Positions 1-9,968 of a stretch of 64,000 nt of DNA are shown in pieces. The stretch's first letter is position 1. Each line of letters starts with the position of its first letter. The position numbers and the translations under genes are program-made. A model generated the notes under the pieces. The model was not told the origin of the DNA and made no database searches. It saw only the letters and a list, made by a program, of their open reading frames with translations. The stretch is taken from assembly GCA_000165345.1 (NCBI GenBank), contig CM000434.1:1152001-1216000 (forward strand), written 5' to 3'.

Positions 1-2654
1 TAAATTCTAGGCTTAAATGAATTCTCTAATCCTTTAAATAATATAAAACCAGAAATTGTTGTTTCTGGAATTCTGATTACTCTATTAATTGAAGGAGGAC
101 GAATTTCTATTCCATATCCTTTACAATAAAGTTTGATTGCAAGTCTTTCAGTTCCAACTGGGAATGAACTTGATGAAGATGATGACAAGATATAGTTACT
201 GTTTGGGGATATAATATTATTTGATAGAGTATTTATTATTGATGATGTCTCTGTAAATAAGTTACTTCTTACATATGGTATCTTTGTAGACTTGGCTGAT
301 ATCTTATTTGATGAAAATGAAGAAGATGAAGATGACATTCCTCCTTTGTTATATCTCAACATTAAATGACCACTTATAAATCCTTCTAAAGAGTGTGGAA
401 TACAACTCACTTGAAGATCCTTGTTTGTCTGATCCTCACCTACTGTTAAAATGGTACCCAATGGTGGATATACTTTAAACTTTCCTTTTCTTTTAGATCC
501 TAATTCTCCTTCCATATTGACAAATTCAACCATATATTCTAAGGTACCAATACCTGAATTAGAAATTGGAATCAATGTTTTTGTTCCTTCTAATCCCATA
601 AAAGATAATCCAAGATTTGTACTATTTCCATTTGGTAAAATCGCTTTTGGTTTTGGAATACTAACAACATTAATTATTGTTTTAAGCCTACCTTGAGCCA
701 AAGTAACTTCACGATCATTAGAATCCACTAGCTTGACAACCAAAGTGGATGTAAAAGATCCAGGCTTCTCCCCAAAAGCTTTAAGTTTAAGTATTGAACT
801 TGATTGAGGTCCTATAGTATCAGGAGCTTTAAAAGTGATCCAAGAGGTACCAATTCTAGGAAATTCTTTACCATTTTCTTGGTTATAAGCTTCCTGACTC
901 ATCATTTGAACAGCTCTATGAATATTTAATGTCCCAGAGGTACGAACAGAATTTCTTAATGTTGTAAGTACTGTTACTGATCTTAATATAAGCGTTTTTG
1001 CTTGATCAAAAGTCATACTTGGATCAAAAGCATATAATAAAGCTGCAGCTCCTGAAACAAATGGACATGCCATAGAAGTCCCTGATAACCTCTTATAACC
1101 TTTATTGGCACTAGTAGATAATATATCTACTCCTGGAGCTGCCATATCTACACTTCTATGACCATAATTTGAAAAGACACCAAGTCTTCCATGTATATCA
1201 ATTGCAGCTACAGATAATACATTTGGAAGCTGGTAAGCTGATGGATAAGTTGGTCTAATATCATTATTATTTCTATCATTACCTGCTGCAACAACAAAGA
1301 GCATGTTCTTATCAATACTCCTCTTAATAGCATCATATGTAGCCTGGGAAAATGATCCTCCTCCCCAACTGTTAGATAAAATATTAGCTCCCATCTTAAT
1401 AGCATAGTTAATAGCTTTAACACTATCACTTAGAAAACCAACTCCATTTCCTCTTAGAAACTTAAGAGCCATAATTTTAACTCCCTTCCAGTTAATCCCA
1501 GAAATACCTTCATGATTATTCCCTTTTGCTGCAATAGTACCTGCACAATGTGTACCATGTCCTTCATCATCAACTGGTGCTCCTCTATTATTTGCAAAAT
1601 CATAGCCATATATATCATCAACATAACCATTCATATCATCATCAACTCCTGGTCTTCCATATAACTCTTTTTCATTAACCCACATATTCTCAACCAAATC
1701 TGGATGAGTATAATCTACACCAGTATCTATAACAGCAACAATTACTTCCCTTTTTGGATGGTTTTCAGGAGTATAATATACTCCAGATCCTTTAGATACG
1801 GATGTATTAATACCTAAATGTTTCCATGCCATCAAAACTTTTGAGTCAGTGTTTGCAACTCTATTATACATTCCCCATTGTTCAGAGAATTTGGGATCAT
1901 TTGGATATATTGCTCCAGAATCTGAACTAATTCCAAAATCTGCAAGCCTAACTTCCTGATCTGGTTCAACATATTCAACTTCATCACTATGTAAAAAACT
2001 TGCAGAAAGTTTTGAAATATATTCAGATGCTTTAGAATTGTTAAATACTTCAACAATCATCATATCTAATGCTTCGAGAACTGTAGCAGATTTGATTCCA
2101 ACAAGCTCATCAGCAGATTCTGATAAAGCTGAAACAACTCTTGTTAAGAATGCTACACCATCTAATTTAGGATATTGACCATTTTTTGACATAATTCCTG
2201 CAACTTTCAACTCTTTGACAGCTTTACTTAAGACTTTTTCCTTATACTTAATAATAAGCCTTCCTGGAATAACTTTAGATCTCCTTCCTTGACCTCTAGA
2301 GACTTTTTCTGAATTAAATTCTTGATTTGAATCCTTTTCTTGGTAATAATAATCATCTTCATCATCCATATTACCCATTTCTGAGAATTCTCCAAGGATA
2401 TGTTCTTGTTCATAATCTTCTTCTGGAGGTTTTTGTTGTTTCATAATATATGGACTAAATACTTTCTCAACAACTTGTACTTCAGGAGTTGCTGATTGGT
2501 CTGCAGGGTTTTTTATAACTAACTCTAAATCAGAGCTCCGACCTTCAACTACATTAATTGAAATTGAGCTGGTATTGAATATATTACAAATAACCCTTTT
2601 TTGAAAAAATACCAATAAATATGGCAACAACTTGAAAATATTTACCTTTTTCAT
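1..2654 (-). CDS. Subtilisin-like serine protease (peptidase S8 with I9 propeptide). Partial: the C-terminus lies beyond position 1.
   Basis: Hand translation of the minus strand from the ATG at 2654..2652 is open all the way to position 1, which is why it is absent from the ORF track. There is an N-terminal signal-peptide-like segment (MKKVNIFKLLPYLLVFF). The S8 catalytic triad motifs appear in order: VIVAVIDTGVD (Asp), DEGHGTHCAGTIAAKG (His), LSGTSMACPFVSGAAALL (Ser). Frame was cross-checked at three places (2654, 1559, 1079). Confidence 0.85.
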   Translation of the reverse strand, partial: MKKVNIFKLLPYLLVFFQKRVICNIFNTSSISINVVEGRSSDLELVIKNPADQSATPEVQVVEKVFSPYIMKQQKPPEEDYEQEHILGEFSEMGNMDDEDDYYYQEKDSNQEFNSEKVSRGQGRRSKVIPGRLIIKYKEKVLSKAVKELKVAGIMSKNGQYPKLDGVAFLTRVVSALSESADELVGIKSATVLEALDMMIVEVFNNSKASEYISKLSASFLHSDEVEYVEPDQEVRLADFGISSDSGAIYPNDPKFSEQWGMYNRVANTDSKVLMAWKHLGINTSVSKGSGVYYTPENHPKREVIVAVIDTGVDYTHPDLVENMWVNEKELYGRPGVDDDMNGYVDDIYGYDFANNRGAPVDDEGHGTHCAGTIAAKGNNHEGISGINWKGVKIMALKFLRGNGVGFLSDSVKAINYAIKMGANILSNSWGGGSFSQATYDAIKRSIDKNMLFVVAAGNDRNNNDIRPTYPSAYQLPNVLSVAAIDIHGRLGVFSNYGHRSVDMAAPGVDILSTSANKGYKRLSGTSMACPFVSGAAALLYAFDPSMTFDQAKTLILRSVTVLTTLRNSVRTSGTLNIHRAVQMMSQEAYNQENGKEFPRIGTSWITFKAPDTIGPQSSSILKLKAFGEKPGSFTSTLVVKLVDSNDREVTLAQGRLKTIINVVSIPKPKAILPNGNSTNLGLSFMGLEGTKTLIPISNSGIGTLEYMVEFVNMEGELGSKRKGKFKVYPPLGTILTVGEDQTNKDLQVSCIPHSLEGFISGHLMLRYNKGGMSSSSSSFSSNKISAKSTKIPYVRSNLFTETSSIINTLSNNIISPNSNYILSSSSSSSFPVGTERLAIKLYCKGYGIEIRPPSINRVIRIPETTISGFILFKGLENSFKPRI

Positions 2655-3100
2655 TTTGTTAGGCTGAATTGAATCCTCTTTCTTTTGATGTTATTTGAGA
2701 TAAATGTATTTGACTTTTCTCCTCCTTTACTATTTTTCTTTAGATTTCAATTCACTTTCCTTTAGAACTTTAGCTTATCATTATTCAATTTCTGACTTAT
2801 TTCTACTTATTTTTGTAGAATTTTCAATTTAAAAATTCTACAACTGATCGTACTATTTCTCTACTAACTTTTTCTACTGAAATTCTAAACTTATTTTCAA
2901 TTCTTCCTTTTAATTCCTGGAAAAAATTTTCCCTTTGACTATTTTTGTCAAAATTCTACATTTTTTACGCACCTGTGTCTTTTTGCATGTTTACCATTTT
3001 TTTCATCCACATGCTCGAATACGATTTTGCATGTATACCGGTATGCAAATTTTTTTTAAGAATTAAAATAATTTTTTGTAATACCGGTACCGCCCCACAT

Positions 3101-3118
3101 TTGGGCGGGAATTTCCCG
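3101..3118. promoter_or_regulatory. Tandem/overlapping E2F-like boxes (TTGGGCGGGAATTTCCCG) in the divergent subtilisin/PRP19 promoter
   Basis: GGCGGGAA followed by its reverse complement TTCCCG. It sits between genes on opposite strands. TACCGGTA palindromes lie nearby at 3083..3092 and 3034..3045. Confidence 0.5.
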
Positions 3119-3472
3119 AGTCAAAAATAATATAGAAAAGATTGGAGATCAAAAAGTGGAACAAAAGGAAAATTTTGAAAAAAAACAAAACGTTGAATAG
3201 CAAGTATAAAGATTTGGGAAGGAAAAGAAAGGTTGATTAAAAGGAAAGGGAGAAAAGTTTAGAGAATTTGAGCAGGAGTTTTTTTTGTTGTTATTGGGAA
3301 AACAGTTTGTTTTAGCAGAAGTTAAGATTTTGTTACCATAAAGTACTATTTTAAGGATTTAAGAACTTAACAAATATTGCGTTTATTATTGAAAGCTTGA
3401 AATCTTAGCCAAGCTATACAAAATAAGTTGCTTTTTTTTCTTTTTTTCCAGGTTTCTATAAACTTGATAATT

Positions 3473-5131
3473 ATGTCATTAATTTGCTCAATTTCAGGAA
3501 CTACTCCTGAAGATCCTGTGATCTCAAAGACAGGATATATCTTTGAAAAAAGACTCATAGAGGAGTACATAAGATGCAATAATAGCTGTCCAATCACAAA
3601 GAGTGAGCTTTCTTTGGATGATTTGATTCAAGTTAAGTCCAAAAGTAATTTAAAGCCAAGATTGATTAAAAATACAAGTATTCCAGGTATTCTTGACTCC
3701 CTTAGAACAGAATGGGATGCAATGGCAATGGAGATGTTCCAGCTTAGATCTGAGCTTGAACAGACCAAATCACAACTGACTCATAGTCTTTATCAACATG
3801 ATGCTGCTTGTAGAGTGATTGCCAGAATTACTAGAGAAAAAGACCAAGCCATTAGTAGGTTAGCTGAAATCCAGAATAGTATTCTTGAGAAGGATGAAGA
3901 TAATATTACTAGTCTTCAAAGTGTAGGAGGTAAAAGGATTAGAGCAGAAGATAATTTCGTTAATATCCCAGAAGACGTTATAGACCTTTTTACTGAATAT
4001 TCGGATAAAATGCGACCAATTCGAAAAAAACAGTCATTCCCAGACCTTATACCTGCTGAACAAGTCAAAGAATTTTCATTAAAGAGTGAAATAAAACTCA
4101 AAGAGAACTGTAACATAGAGGTTGGAGTAGCTTTCAATGACGAAATTTACGTCTCTGGAATGGAAAATGGCGAGATTCTTGTATCAAGCATAGAATTTGA
4201 TAGAAATGAGATATCTTCTATCCCTATAAGTTATCCACAAAATTGTGAACAAGCCGTTTCTATTTTCGCCATCGAAAAATATTCAGGAAGTCAATACTCA
4301 TCTAAAAATACTAGCCAGCTCCTCTCCTCCTTAAATGTTCTTGCTTGCTTTCAAAACTCAAATAAGATTCATATATTCTCTAGAAACCAAGAAGATGATG
4401 AATCTTTTAACTTATCGCTCATGGATTTTAACTCTTCTTTTGAATCAAACATCATTATCAACTCACTCGAAAAACACCCTTTAGGAATGCATATAATTGC
4501 AAATTCTTCAAATAAAGGCCTATTTTCCATGTTTGATCTGGAATCCAGAAAACAACTTTTCCTACATCAACTTGAACAAAATAATTCATATTCACAACTC
4601 AAACCACATCCTGATGGCCTTATTCTTGGAGGAATTGTACCCAATGGGAATATTGTTGATATATGGGATATTAGAAATCTAGAGAAAATTTCATCCCTTG
4701 AACACCCCACGAAAAATAATAATATTGACCATAACGACCCAAATATTAGCAGAAACTCCAGCCTTTGCTTCTCAAATAATGGATACTATTTGCTTTCTAC
4801 CTCCCTTGACAATAAAATCCACCTTTGGGATCTTAGAAAATCTGCTATTCTTGATTCTCTTGAACTATCCACACTCCCTAACAATTCTAACCTGATTTTA
4901 CAAATTGATGAAAGTGGAAAATATGCCTCCTGCTTTAGCAAAAACCATTTCTCCATTTTCTCACTCTTCAATAAACACAAACTACAACTTATCTCATCCT
5001 TGTCCAATTTCTCTAATAGAAATAATAATAATAATCTCCCAGACAATATCCACCATATTCACTTCAACCAAAATCTTAATTCATTCTCCTCATTATGCCA
5101 CAGTGGAATTATTCGTATGTGGACAAATTAA
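3473..5131 (+). CDS. PRP19: Pre-mRNA splicing factor PRP19 (U-box E3 ligase + coiled coil + WD40)
   Basis: The N-terminal U-box MSLICSISGTTPEDPVISKTGYIFEKRLIEEYI...CPITKSELSLDDLIQV matches the PRP19 N-terminus, followed by a coiled coil and a C-terminal WD-repeat region. The track ORF starts at TTG 3428; the first ATG is 3473. Confidence 0.85.
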   Translation: MSLICSISGTTPEDPVISKTGYIFEKRLIEEYIRCNNSCPITKSELSLDDLIQVKSKSNLKPRLIKNTSIPGILDSLRTEWDAMAMEMFQLRSELEQTKSQLTHSLYQHDAACRVIARITREKDQAISRLAEIQNSILEKDEDNITSLQSVGGKRIRAEDNFVNIPEDVIDLFTEYSDKMRPIRKKQSFPDLIPAEQVKEFSLKSEIKLKENCNIEVGVAFNDEIYVSGMENGEILVSSIEFDRNEISSIPISYPQNCEQAVSIFAIEKYSGSQYSSKNTSQLLSSLNVLACFQNSNKIHIFSRNQEDDESFNLSLMDFNSSFESNIIINSLEKHPLGMHIIANSSNKGLFSMFDLESRKQLFLHQLEQNNSYSQLKPHPDGLILGGIVPNGNIVDIWDIRNLEKISSLEHPTKNNNIDHNDPNISRNSSLCFSNNGYYLLSTSLDNKIHLWDLRKSAILDSLELSTLPNNSNLILQIDESGKYASCFSKNHFSIFSLFNKHKLQLISSLSNFSNRNNNNNLPDNIHHIHFNQNLNSFSSLCHSGIIRMWTN

Positions 5132-5329
5132 TCACACGTAATGAAACACCGGTATATGCTTGCATGCAGAAAAATTTGCAATGCATGCATTTTATAATAT
5201 ATAAAGAAACAAAATTAACAAATCAAATAAGCAAGAAAAGTAAGAAAAAAAAATTACCAAAGAAAAAACTAGATAGAAACTCTAAATATCTTTTTTTGTA
5301 ATTATTAATTTCTAAAATACTTCATTCAT

Positions 5330-7468
5330 TTAAAAACGCCTTCCTCCCCTTGAGAACCCACCTCTGGAACCCATTGAGCCAGAGCCTCCTCCTCTGGAAC
5401 CCATTGAGCCAGAACCTCCGCCTCTCGAACCTCCTGATTGTCTATATCCAACCTTGTTTGAAATATGTTGGCTGTTCATTCTGCCATTATGGCCAAAATC
5501 AGCATTATTATCAGTAACTGGTATTGATAACTCTGGTAAATTACTTGTAGCTGGAATAATCTGGAAGAAGCCTGAACCGTTATTATTCTTTGGAGTAAAG
5601 TTAGAAATTGCACTCTCCCACTGCCTAATTGAGCCCAGTGGAACATCAAAAACTGCACCATCTCCTTTCTTTAACAACGTCATACATTGTATTCTTTCTA
5701 TTAAACCCTCACAACCTCTTAAATTGCTCTTAAGACATCTCCATACGTAACTATTACTTGCAATTGGCTCTTTAAGCCTATTAAAAGTAATCATATAGCT
5801 CTTAAAATCTTCTCTACCATTCAATACTGAGCGATGAGGAATCTTCTTTAGATCATTATTTATACCTGTTAACTCTAATAAACAATGACTTAAAGCTCTT
5901 ACAGCACAATCCGGAATCTCTGGCATATCATCATCCATATCATTATCATTGATATTTGACTCAGCTTCAGTCTCCTCATCATCAGAATTACCTAATCTAT
6001 TCCTTTTTCTAGATGCCTTACCTGTTAGCTTTCTCCATAAACCTTGAATGATATGCTTAGCAGGATCTCTAACGCAATCCAACATTGCTGAGGGTATATC
6101 TTTTTCTAATAGATCCTTACCTATAGAATCAGCAGTCTTTTGTAAAATCTCTTCATATTGAGGTACACCAATTCTTTGAAAACTTATCTTACTTGCCTTC
6201 TCAATGCTTGATAAGAATGGATAATCTGACATATTACAAAACATTATAGCAGTTCCGAACTTTCCTGCTCTTCCTGTTCTTCCTGATCTATGTATATAAG
6301 TATCAATATCACGTGGAGGAGCTAATTGTATTACTACTGCAACATCATCAATATGTAATCCTCTTGCTGCAACATCTGTTGCTACTAAACAACGATACCT
6401 TCCTTCTTTAAAAGCTTGTAAAGCTATTTCTCTTTGATTTTGTTGTATATCACCATGTAATACCTGACACATCTTACTAATCTCACTTCTCATAGCTATT
6501 TCATTAGCTGTTTGCTTTGTTTCTGTAAATATAATACATTTTCCATTAATTCCCGCATACATTGTTATAATATCTCCTAATAAACCAGTTCTTTGAGGAT
6601 ATGCACACTGTATTGCCAAATGCCTAATCCTACTTCTGGCTGCTGCCTCATCCTCCTCCTCTCCATGAATTGAAATATGAGTCACGTCTACTGTAACAGT
6701 ATCACTTGACATAATCTCAGTTAAAATATTCTTTACCCATGGAGGCACAGTAGCACTGAATAGTAATACTTGAAATTTATTTTGTCTACTATGTGTTTCT
6801 CCATCTCCCGTTTCTTTTCTGACGCAGTCAATAATCTTATCAACAGTCTCTTTAAATCCCATCTCCAACATCTTATCAGCCTCATCCAATGTTAGCACTG
6901 ATATTTTACTAACATTTAAAATACCACGCTCAATAAAATCTAAAACTCTTCCTGGACATCCTACAACAATATCAACTCCCTTCTTTATTTCCTGAATTTG
7001 AGGATATTCAGGAGAACCACCATATACGCTACAAACTTTATACCTATCCTTTCCCTTCATTAACTCAAATTCATTTGATACCTGTTGTGCTAATTCTCTT
7101 GTTGGAAGTAAAACTAAAACTAACGGACGCCTACCATGCTTATTTGGATCAAATTTACCCTTCTTTAACAGTCTCTCAATGACTGGAAGAACAAATGCCA
7201 ATGTCTTACCTGTCCCAGTTTTCGCTTTCCCTAATACATCCTTCTTACCATATATAGACTCGAATGACTGAGCCTGAATAGGAAATAATCTCTCAATACC
7301 TCTACTCCTCAAAATCTCCCTACTCTCATCGCTTAATGGGAACCTATCTATTGAGCCATCTACCTCACTCTCCAACTTTCTTTTCTTATGATCCATATTG
7401 CTTTCCTTTTTCTTTGTTCTTCCTGTCAATAATGACATAACCACTACTATCCCGTCCTTAAGAGTCAT
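5330..7468 (-). CDS. DEAD-box ATP-dependent RNA helicase, DDX21/DDX50 (Gu)-like, with a C-terminal GUCT-like region and an RGG box
   Basis: Helicase motifs GKTLAFVLP, PTRELA, LDEADKMLEMGF, SAT, HRSGRTGRAG. The C-terminus carries SRGGGSGSMGSRGGG repeats encoded by a 2x30-nt tandem duplication at 5361..5420. The track ORF begins at GTG 7477. In-frame ATGs are at 7468, 7437 and 7394, so the start is uncertain. Confidence 0.8.
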   Translation of the reverse strand: MTLKDGIVVVMSLLTGRTKKKESNMDHKKRKLESEVDGSIDRFPLSDESREILRSRGIERLFPIQAQSFESIYGKKDVLGKAKTGTGKTLAFVLPVIERLLKKGKFDPNKHGRRPLVLVLLPTRELAQQVSNEFELMKGKDRYKVCSVYGGSPEYPQIQEIKKGVDIVVGCPGRVLDFIERGILNVSKISVLTLDEADKMLEMGFKETVDKIIDCVRKETGDGETHSRQNKFQVLLFSATVPPWVKNILTEIMSSDTVTVDVTHISIHGEEEDEAAARSRIRHLAIQCAYPQRTGLLGDIITMYAGINGKCIIFTETKQTANEIAMRSEISKMCQVLHGDIQQNQREIALQAFKEGRYRCLVATDVAARGLHIDDVAVVIQLAPPRDIDTYIHRSGRTGRAGKFGTAIMFCNMSDYPFLSSIEKASKISFQRIGVPQYEEILQKTADSIGKDLLEKDIPSAMLDCVRDPAKHIIQGLWRKLTGKASRKRNRLGNSDDEETEAESNINDNDMDDDMPEIPDCAVRALSHCLLELTGINNDLKKIPHRSVLNGREDFKSYMITFNRLKEPIASNSYVWRCLKSNLRGCEGLIERIQCMTLLKKGDGAVFDVPLGSIRQWESAISNFTPKNNNGSGFFQIIPATSNLPELSIPVTDNNADFGHNGRMNSQHISNKVGYRQSGGSRGGGSGSMGSRGGGSGSMGSRGGFSRGGRRF

Positions 7469-7478
7469 AAGCGCCACA

Positions 7479-7524
7479 TTTTCCCGCCCAATTTTCTGAT
7501 GTGCCGGCTTATGGCCACCGGCAC
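7479..7524. promoter_or_regulatory. E2F-like box (TTTTCCCGCCC) plus a GC-rich 7-bp inverted repeat (GTGCCGG n10 CCGGCAC) upstream of the DEAD-box helicase
   Basis: Seen directly in the sequence. The box lies 11 to 85 nt upstream of the candidate ATGs. Confidence 0.45.
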
Positions 7525-7696
7525 TAATTTTTAAGGATGAAAATTTTCAAAATAATAAATATATAGTAAAATTATGTATTATCTAGTAAAATAGAGGTAT
7601 ATATTATATTGACTCACTAAATGTATGTGTATATATATATACATATGTATATATACATTTATTTCTAATCCTCAATGAGTTTCTTGACATTGTTCA

Positions 7697-9391
7697 TTAA
7701 AGCTCACTTAGAAATGAAATGATACTTGATTCTGAACAATTATCATCCTCAATTGGCTGCTTTCTATTAATGTAGATCTCCTCCTTCCCAATTGAATAGT
7801 AAGCGCCATTTTCAAAAGTATTTTCATTCTGTAGGACTTTACTGTTATTTTGGTAATATTGAGCTTGATTGATTACCTGGTCGTCATCAATATTATCTGA
7901 GAGGTACTGAATCTTCTCTAGAATAGATTGGTGATCTTTGGAAGCTTGAGTTAAAACTTTCATAGTTTCTTTTACTAATTCTGAATAATTTGGGGGAATA
8001 TTTTCGGCCAATTCTTGATAGGAAATATTTTCATTGTTAGTAAAATCATTCTGGACTGTATTTGAACCTTGTAAAGAATTTAAATCCACAGATTTTGAAT
8101 GTGATTGTGATTGTGACAAGATGAAAGGAGAATTTGAATTGTTGTTGCTTACACATTGACTGTTATTAGCCGTAATAATTCCAGAAGATGCTGTTGTTGC
8201 TATTGTTAATGGATTATTATTTATCAAAGAATCATTATTCTCAAATAATCTTAAATTAGATGAATGATTTTCTTGATTCCTTCTTCCTGGATTAATTTCT
8301 TCCATTTCAGAAGTATCCAATTTTTGGTTTTCGCCTAAAATTACTGGAACAAATGATTGAATTTCCGTTGTAATTCTTCCAGTATGAACAGGATGGTTTT
8401 GTTGTCCCTTGATTGAATGATGATTTTTCTTTATCATCTTGTTCTTCTCAAATTTATTCACCAAGTTTGTTAATGCCGTTAACTGTATTCTCACAGAAGA
8501 TTCAAAATCTGAAATCTTACTAGTAATAAAATCTTCCACTTTTTTACCTGCAATATAGTATTCATAATACTTCTTATTATTTGAATTTTGATCCTGTAAT
8601 TCCTTAATGCTATTATTATTACTCTTAATAATGCGATTTAATTCCCATATCTCATCATTTAATAAGATATTCTTTTTTTGTAACTCATCAATTTCTGCAT
8701 TATATTTCTTACATAAACTATCAATTTCGTGAGATAACTTTTCTTCACGCATACTGAAACGTTTTCTCTCATTTTCTTCTTTTCTTTGTTTTTCTCTCAA
8801 TTCACGTAATTCATATTCGTTTGCCTTATTCTTGGCTTTCAAACTAGCAACTTCACCAGAAAGTTCGTCTCTTTCCAAATTAACATTTTGATAATTCATT
8901 TCCAACTGTTCAATTCTTAATAATCGTTCATCCAACTGATTCTTTAAATTCATTATTGTACTTTCATAACTTTCTATGTATGTTCCATTATTGATCGAAT
9001 CTTCACCTGAATCCATGATTGTTGACTCTAAGAACTTCCTTAAGGAAGCTTTTGATTCACTTGTTCGGCCTTTCCAAACCTCTACCTGCTTTTGTGTATG
9101 TTGTAATTCCATTTTAAGTGTTTCAATTTCATTACTTAGAGCACTTGAAATTTTCTGACTATCCATCGCTAATTTCTTTTTCTCTTTTTTTAAAGCCCTA
9201 TCACTTTCCTGTAAAAGCTCAATCTCATCTCTGGATGCACTTAATGCCATTTCTAAAGATTCAATCTCACTTTTTTGGTTTGTAATGATATGAGCTGCAT
9301 TCTCCAACTCTGAAACTATCTCTTTGAAGTGGCTTTCTGTCAAGTTTATGCATTTTTGACCTGTTTTAGTTACTTTACATGAATTTTTCAT
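7697..9391 (-). CDS. Hypothetical coiled-coil protein with an N/S-rich low-complexity tail
   Basis: 564-aa ORF with an ATG at 9391. There are long heptad-like E/K/L-rich segments. No recognisable catalytic motif. Confidence 0.6.
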   Translation of the reverse strand: MKNSCKVTKTGQKCINLTESHFKEIVSELENAAHIITNQKSEIESLEMALSASRDEIELLQESDRALKKEKKKLAMDSQKISSALSNEIETLKMELQHTQKQVEVWKGRTSESKASLRKFLESTIMDSGEDSINNGTYIESYESTIMNLKNQLDERLLRIEQLEMNYQNVNLERDELSGEVASLKAKNKANEYELRELREKQRKEENERKRFSMREEKLSHEIDSLCKKYNAEIDELQKKNILLNDEIWELNRIIKSNNNSIKELQDQNSNNKKYYEYYIAGKKVEDFITSKISDFESSVRIQLTALTNLVNKFEKNKMIKKNHHSIKGQQNHPVHTGRITTEIQSFVPVILGENQKLDTSEMEEINPGRRNQENHSSNLRLFENNDSLINNNPLTIATTASSGIITANNSQCVSNNNSNSPFILSQSQSHSKSVDLNSLQGSNTVQNDFTNNENISYQELAENIPPNYSELVKETMKVLTQASKDHQSILEKIQYLSDNIDDDQVINQAQYYQNNSKVLQNENTFENGAYYSIGKEEIYINRKQPIEDDNCSESSIISFLSEL

Positions 9392-9968
9392 GGTTTCTCA
9401 CTTTATTTCATACAATTCTTCACTTTCAATTTAAAGCCTTAGTTTGAGCATTTCGTTCCTTTCCTAACTTAATCACTCAATGATTTTAATTGTCCATTCT
9501 ACATATATTTTTTTATACCTGATTGTTACCTTTTTAATTCTTAATAATTATTTTTTCCCTTTTTTATATTTTTTATTCCAATTTATTTTCATGTGGTCAA
9601 TAAAAACCTACACGTATAATATACTTTACGTACTCGCTTACATGCAGCAGGCTTATGCAGAGGGGCAAAATTGAATTTTTGAATATTCAATAATTGAAAT
9701 TAATAAGAATTTGCCAATTATTTAGGGATTTAAAGTTTAATTAGTCGGTTTTGTTGGCTTTTTTAATTTAAAGGATTATTATTGAAGTAAGAACAATAGA
9801 ACGTCCATAAATTATCTTGATTGCTTTCTTTAGCCAAACATTTTATTAAAATCAATAAATAATTAAGTATGGAATGCTTATATATATGAATAGATTGTTC
9901 ATTTGAACTAAAATTATCTCTGAGAATGCTGAAATATATTAGAATTACTTAGTCAAACACTGAAATGC

